Positions 57,470 through 64,000 of a DNA stretch of 64,000 nucleotides are shown one piece after another; position 1 is the first letter of the stretch, and each line of letters starts with the position of its first letter. Source of the stretch: Felis catus (lineage: Eukaryota); the NCBI RefSeq assembly GCF_018350175.1, contig NC_058371.1:193130001-193194000 (forward strand), written 5' to 3'. Both the position numbers and the translations under genes were made by a program. Under the pieces are notes generated by a model that was not told the origin of the DNA, searched no databases, and saw nothing but the letters and a program-made list of their open reading frames with translations.

Positions 57470-59900
57470 CTAAGGGGAGTCTACAATGCTGATAACATGA
57501 TCTTCCCAACAATATTTTCCAATCAAGTCTTTTAAAGTCCATTCCACTTCGTGTATAAAGAAGATGTGGTTTATATATACAATGGAATACTACTTGGCAA
57601 TGAGAAAGAATGAAATCTGGCTATTTATAGCAATTTGGATGGAACTGGAGAGTGTTATGCTAAGTGAAATAAGTCAGGCAGAGAAAGATACCATATGTTT
57701 TCACTCATATGTGGATCCTGAGAAACATAACAGAAGACAAGGGGGGAGGGGAAGGGGGAAAAAAAGTTACAGAGAGGGAAGGAGGCAAACCATAAGAGAC
57801 TCTTAAATACTGAACAAACTTAGGGTTGATGGGGGGTGGGGGAGAGGGGAATGAGGGTGATGGGCATTGAAGAGGGCACCTGTTGGGATGAGCACTGGGT
57901 GTTATATGGAAACCAATTTGACAATAAATTACATATAAAATAAAATAAAGTAATTAAAAGTTGCTACTAAATAAATAAATAAAATCCATCCTACTTCTTG
58001 ATAATGCCACCAGCTGAGAATGAAAAGGAATATATAATGTCCACTGAATGTCATGTCCGTTAGCCCACTGTCAAGGTCCCTCTGGCAGTATATGACTGTA
58101 AATATCCCAGATATCCAAAATATGACAGAGCCTGGTCTCAAGTGCTACTATAGTGTGGCCAGAATCTTCCACCGCCTCAGAATAGCAATTTCAGTTATTG
58201 TGTCACAGGCCACAAGAAGCCACAAGTTGCCACAAGATGGCAGCAGAGGGCACATGCAATCTATTTGACTGGAAAGGTCATGGCCCTTGGAGCTCTAAGG
58301 GTTCTTGTTTACTCTTAGGAAGTCAGATCAGCTACCTGATAGGTAGGCCATTTCCCTCTGCTTGGCGTACAGATGGAGGATCGTCCTTTGGGTGCATCCA
58401 GTTAGTGGCAGGATTACTGCACGCGGTCCAACATGGATTGAGGTACCAATACTGTCCTTACGGTACTTACAGGCTAGAGCAGCCACATTGTTACAGTCAG
58501 GCTCATCTCAGTTTGTGCCTTCCCATGGGCGTCCACATCAGGTACAAGAAGAGTTTCATCAAGCAACGGCTTTCCAGAACTCACAATTCCAGAGACGGGT
58601 GTTTTTAATATACGTGCCATTCTTAACCACGAACTAGGTTGTTAGGTCCAAGAACAGATAATAAAGGCATGCCTGGTACTTAAGAGTACTGTCCACAGAA
58701 AGGGAAGTGGCTTTGAATTTAGCCCATCTGCTGATGGGCTCCTACCTCAGTGGGAGAGTTGTCACTGGCACTGCAGGGCTGCTGTCACCCAGTAGACACA
58801 TCACCTTAGAGTTGGGATGAGCCTTCAGTGACCCAGGCCCAGGAATCCTCAAGACCTTCCTGGGAGCCTTCTCCAGGTAGCAAAAGGCTCCCGGGTGAGT
58901 CATCAAGGGAGATACAAGGGGTTCCTAGAGATGAGACACTACCTTCTTGTGTGAAGAGCATCTGTCTTTAGGACCTGACTTGCTGTTCTGGAATGTTCCA
59001 TTTCCATTTTTTGTGACAAATCTGTTTACCTTCCCAGAATCTGAGGGGGCCAGTGCAGGATGGGGACACCTGGACACAATGATAACTGGCAATCCTCCCT
59101 AAAGCCACTCGCTCTCCACAAGTGCCCAGTAGTAGGCCAGCAGCAGTGTGTCAAGTACAGCACAGTAGGGAGCCATATGGGCAGGAAGTCAGACCCCAAG
59201 AAGTGACTCTGGGCAGAGGTGCCTCCACTGCCAGAGGTGCCACTCAACACACTTCCCAGGGTCAGAATCCTGGATTCCAGCATGGTCCTTGGGGTTTACA
59301 GGCCCCGGGGTAGGTGACCTGTGGTGCTGCCTTTAACACACTTGCTACCCAGGTCCCAGGAAAACTTGGCAGATTTTCTGGTCCATTTGTACACAGGATT
59401 CAACCTCAACAAAATACCAGGATGAAGCACATATTGACTTCTATTCCCAAACAGTCGAACTAAGTCCAGGCTTCCCACTTGGCTTTTGGGGGCTGTAGGG
59501 GGAGTAACTTTTCCTTTCCTGTATCAGGACCAGATCTTCAAGCCTCAGTCCACAAGTCCTCCTAAGACTGATTAGAGGCTGGTCCCTCAGGACTCTTCTC
59601 CTAAGTGGTTTCCACCTGCTCTTCGTGGGAGCCCATCAGCTTGAGGTCATCAGTGCAGTCACCCCTGAGGGAGGAAGACCTGTCCCATTACTGGCCCTGC
59701 CTTGGTGGCACTGAGTGTGAGCATCCAGGGTCCTTGTGGCAGGACAGGAAACATGTTTGCTGGTCCAGGTGAGCTTGCACACAAATGACTTTTGACACTT
59801 TGGGCCAAAGAGATCGAGCAAAAGGCATTAGCCATATTCTAGACAGAATCTGCCAAAATGCGTAATCTGTTTAGCTGCAGTCACAAAGTCTGACAAGGTT
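57470..59900 (-). mobile_element. Decayed class III (ERVL-like) endogenous retrovirus pol (RT, RNase H, integrase)
   Basis: Ordered degenerate motifs on the minus strand: NMANAFCSI, VLPQG, CTDDLKLMG, LVRLFG..Q...H.GILL..PVYKWTRKSAKFSW, LLAYYWALVESE, DVDAH, QIDCMCPL, QWANGHDIQW, WNGL*KT. Confidence 0.85.
57551..57985 (+). mobile_element. 5'-truncated carnivore L1 (ORF2 end and 3'UTR)
   Basis: Similar to the 3' end of the L1 at 54970-55380; TSD-like AAAGTCCATTCCACTTC / AAAATCCATCCTACTTC. Confidence 0.92.
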
Positions 59901-60562
59901 GGGCTTCTAGAGGCATCAACTGAATTTCATTGATGATAATCCACTGTGGAAACCCCCATTTGGATTCATGTGAGGAAGAAATGAGTTTTCAATGTGCGAA
60001 GCCCTGAAGGTTGAGATGTTATTGTTACAGCAACTGTCGGTACCCAGGTACCACACTCTGCTGGGTCACATATTCTAGCACCCTGTGAGTGGCTCATAAT
60101 CTGACTAGGTATCTTAAAGGACTATCACCAAATATTTGTCAGATTAATTCAGTTGATGGATTCAAGCTGATGGTGTTGACCTCCTCATCTCTAATATATA
60201 CTCTTCCTCTCACATTTGGTGCATCAAAGTTTATATGTTCATGGGACAGTTTAAGCACAGACCAGTTGCTTGCTTTTAACAATCATCCCACCATTTGCTG
60301 GGAGGATTTAGGACATGCCTTGAGGGATGCATATATTATGGTCAGCGTCTAACTGTCTTGAATAAAATAGCTAAGAAAAATGCAAGAATGAAAAATCCGT
60401 GTTTTGTGTCCACTTGCAAATACATCCAGGTCTGTGAGCTCCTGGAAAATTGCAGTTTATAATCAGCACAGAGGAACCCTCGGAAGGACTTCTTTCTGCC
60501 TGTGAGAGCTCAAGTCGGATGCCATCTGGGAGGCAGCTGGGAGGTTTTCTGACTGGTCCTTT

Positions 60563-60566
<4 letters not shown>

Positions 60567-60612
<46 letters not shown>
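60567..60612. repeat. (AT)n microsatellite
   Basis: Read directly from sequence. Confidence 0.95.
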
Positions 60613-60617
<5 letters not shown>

Positions 60618-61437
60618 TGTTTAATAGTCTCCTGAAGTCATGCATGCCATGCTCTAGAAGTTAGAGCTGGGAAAAACTTCAGACCTATTAAAGATAGTGA
60701 CCATGTTTGTGTGGTCCATCTCCACACCCAATACATCTCCATCTCCAATACCACCCTACCACAACTCCAGGTATCCCTGTTCCCTTTCTGCTTCTCTCCC
60801 TCTCCTTCCCCTCTTCCCCTGGAGCCACTCCAGGCCAGGCTGAAAGCCAGAGTCTTACCAGCACTTCTCCTCCTGGATTCTTCCAGAATTCTGCACTCAG
60901 GTGCCATCAGGCTTGGTCTGGAGTTATGGTATCACTTTTCATCTTATTATATCAGAGCAGAAAGAAGGCTGCACCTGGAGCAGGAGATCTAGTGCAACTG
61001 AGAGAAATGAGTTTGGGACTTTAGGGAAGTTGTTTAGGTCAGTTAGCTCCTTGTTAATTCTGTTTGAAATAACAGCCATTCCTGATGGTGTTGTGATAAG
61101 GTCTCACATAGCAAGGTGCAGTGAAGGCTTTAGAAATGACATGGTGCCATGTGGGAGTGTAGTATGATCATCAATCAAGAGAAAAGATATGGAAATATTC
61201 AAGGGAGAGGAAAAGCTCTTTACATCCCAGTCTGTTTTTCCAGTATATGATCACCACATAGCTATGATATAGAGTCACCAATGCTCGTGAAAACAGTGAA
61301 ATTGGGTCCCCCAATCACACCAAGAAGGCCATCAGCCTAAATAGGCCTGACTTGAACCATAAATAATCTGTTACAGAAGGTGGTTAGAACAAGTTTAAAT
61401 CTCAGACAAAATAAATCTTTGAATTCATTCAGATGCT

Positions 61438-61630
61438 TATTTATTTTTTTTAATTTTTTTAAATGTTTATTTATTTTTGAGATAGAGAGAGAGAGAGACA
61501 GAGCATGAGTGGGGGAGGGGCAGAGAGAGAGAAGACACATATCCCAACACAGAGCTTGAACTCACAAACCGTGAGATCATGACCTAAGCCAAGGTTGGAT
61601 GCTTAACCAACGGGGCCACCCAGGTACCCC
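61438..61630 (-). mobile_element. SINEC (internally deleted)
   Basis: Reverse-strand body; TSD CAGATG(C/A)TT. Confidence 0.85.
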
Positions 61631-62559
61631 CAGATGATTGTTTTAAAGAGAAATTAAGAAAAGGTGACTGATGCTTTTCTGCTTTTAGGTCATTTGATGC
61701 TCACTGAAGAGGGCATCATGTTACTAAACCCAGCCTACTCCCCCCCCCCCATTTCTTCCCCCAACCCTGGGGCTGAAGCCCTATTTTCTGTCCCTTCCTG
61801 CTGGCACACTCAGATGACACTGTCACTCTCAGAGCTCAGTTCTCCTATTTGAAAACTGTGTTCGGTTCTGAAGACAAACCTGGATGGGCTGGTGACAGAC
61901 TACTGGTCCCTTCACCTCCTCCCTGTCCAGAGTGCAGTTCCCAAGACTTTCCCATGTGAAGCTGGCAGCCTGTGTGGTCTCAGAGTTTTCTAACCACTGG
62001 ACCCAAGGCCCCAGGGGAAGGGCTGTCAGGTGGGAAGAGTGGAGAGGATGTGGGGCTTGAAGGGAGGTATGACAGGGTACAAGAAGATCTTACTGATAAT
62101 CTTGTAAACAGATGTAAACTCATGCTCAAATGACAACAGGTAGCATTGTGGTTAATCCAATGCAAACAGATTACCAAATTCCCATTTCCTTTGTGGCACC
62201 TTTTGACAGCAGCCTAGGGTAAGGGCAAAGAATTTGTTAGAGTCTCCATGACCTGATTTGGAACCCTGGCTTCACCAGACACCAGCTGTCTGCGATCTTT
62301 CATTTCTTCCTCTGTGCATGTGGGTAAGACTAGCACCTCTCTGCTAAGCAGGGACTGAGTAGTGAGAGCTACTGCCACCCTCACCGAATTGTTGTTCCAG
62401 CACTTTTAGTAAAGTGTGGGCACTGTGGGGAGGTCTGCGCAGGCTGTGAGTGTCATAGATGGTTCTCACGCTTGGAAAGATTGGGAGCCGTTGGTCTGGA
62501 TGTAGCCTCAGGTGAATCTAGAATGCCCTCCTGCCCACTTGCTTCCCTACCTTATCCAT

Positions 62560-63039
62560 AACTTTCTTCCAGTGCAGACATGAAACCTACAGAGTCCCTC
62601 CCTGCTGGGGAACAGCTCTCCACATCTTTGAGAACAATTGTTCATACTGCAAATCCAACCACATGTTTTAGGTAACTGGGCCTTTCACTCCAGAATCCTG
62701 CTCTTTGCCAGGGTGGAGGGGTCCAATGGCATTGGAACGTGACTCAAGCCCAATTTATCAAAGTCTCAGCCTGAGATTTCCACACTGCAGCTCAGCTCAG
62801 TGCTGCTGACACCCATGTTTCCGACCACATGGAGACAAGCAGAAGAGAGAAATCAAAGCATGGATGCAGAGACAACTGAGATGTGGTGTGACCACAGAGT
62901 TTCCGGCCCAAACTCTGTCTCCCAATGCATGCATCCCTGATTTAAGAAACTTCCACCAAATTCTCAACTTTCTTTGTTTTAATATGTTAAAAATAATTAG
63001 TTCCTATTACTGAAAGCAGAAGGTTCTTGAAAAACACAG
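62560..63039 (+). mobile_element. LTR16/LTR33-like old ERVL LTR
   Basis: GTGACTCAAGCCC...; the end ...GAAAGCAGAAGGTTCTTGAAAAACACA resembles recalled LTR16 termini. Confidence 0.4.
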
Positions 63040-63226
63040 AGTCCAATTCTATCCAAGGAATATATGCTAAGTTTTTTCTAAGGTGTCAAGCCAGAGATCT
63101 GGGCTGGAAATTCATTCCCAGGATGATGATAGTGGCAAGAATGTAAATGAACCCAATATAATGACAAGTCCACTGTAATAATAGTGATGTCTGTAAAAAT
63201 TTAGGGAAACCCAGGTAAAGAACCAT

Positions 63227-63230
<4 letters not shown>

Positions 63231-63268
<38 letters not shown>
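63231..63268. repeat. (TG)n microsatellite
   Basis: Read directly from sequence. Confidence 0.95.
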
Positions 63269-63269
<1 letters not shown>

Positions 63270-64000
63270 ATGGGAACAGGAAATCAGAGTGACTATTTGC
63301 CAAGTAGACAACGGTAGGATGGAGTTTTAGGACAAAAGTAACAGTTTGGCAGAGGTTGAGTCTCTGGAAATAGCCTGATATTTGGGCAGAAGAATGGATA
63401 CTGAGGTGTAAATGGAGCCTAAGGATATGCCTAAAAGGAACAGAGGATACCGCACCAAATTTGGCTGGGATTAGAAAAAGTTCCTGTGTCACCCTCAGAA
63501 ATCAGGACTTTATTTTGTGGAAAATGAAAATCATCTGTTGCTGAATGTTTGGATGTGACAGGTGTCATCACTAGAGCTATCATCTGATAGTGAGCCACAG
63601 ACTAAACCAGCCCACCTTGAGGTCAGAAACCAACTCCTATTCACCTTTGATTCTCTAAACTGATATTAGCAACTGGCATAGAGCAGTTACTGAGTCAGCA
63701 CTGAATAAACAACATTCCTTTTCCTCCAGCTGTTGAGTGTCTCTTAACCAGTTATAGGCTCTTAGGAAATTTTCTCTGCCTCTGGCTAGGTTAGGTGTTC
63801 CCACCCAGATCACCCCAGGCTTCCTTCCTACATAGCAATTACCTCTCTATTGTCATGGTTGAGATCCTTGTTCCCCTTACTGTCTGCATCTCCTTGAGGA
63901 CAAGGACCATGTCACCTTGACTGCATTCCAGGCAATGACAGAGAGAGCCTTGGACCCTAGGTGTCTCATGAGTGCTCTTTGGATGAATGGAATAATTAGT

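Overview
Mammalian (felid) genomic DNA; the dense tRNA-derived CAN-SINEs match the felid SINEC_Fc type. The + strand carries the 3' ~80% of the coding region of PROM1 (prominin-1/CD133): 19 core exons (1396-46660) and three short C-terminal exons (46886-46922, 47133-47156, 47586-47640). The internal exons have AG/GT boundaries in consistent phase and splice into one open frame. The 5' exons lie upstream of the window. Introns hold about 30 CAN-SINEs, older L1/L2/MIR/MLT1/MER elements and a U6 retrocopy. Downstream are a near-full-length disabled L1 (49457-55400) and a heavily decayed class III (ERVL-like) pol on the minus strand (~57470-59900). I see no convincing wholly new system. The best leads are: a multi-acceptor cassette that could give PROM1 several different cytoplasmic tails, including one ending -TQTV; a SINE with an apparent 3' transduction; a 99-bp locally templated insertion inside a SINE; and the ERVL-like pol fossil. 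Comparisons with human/mouse sequences and repeat subfamily names come from recall and need alignment or RepeatMasker confirmation.
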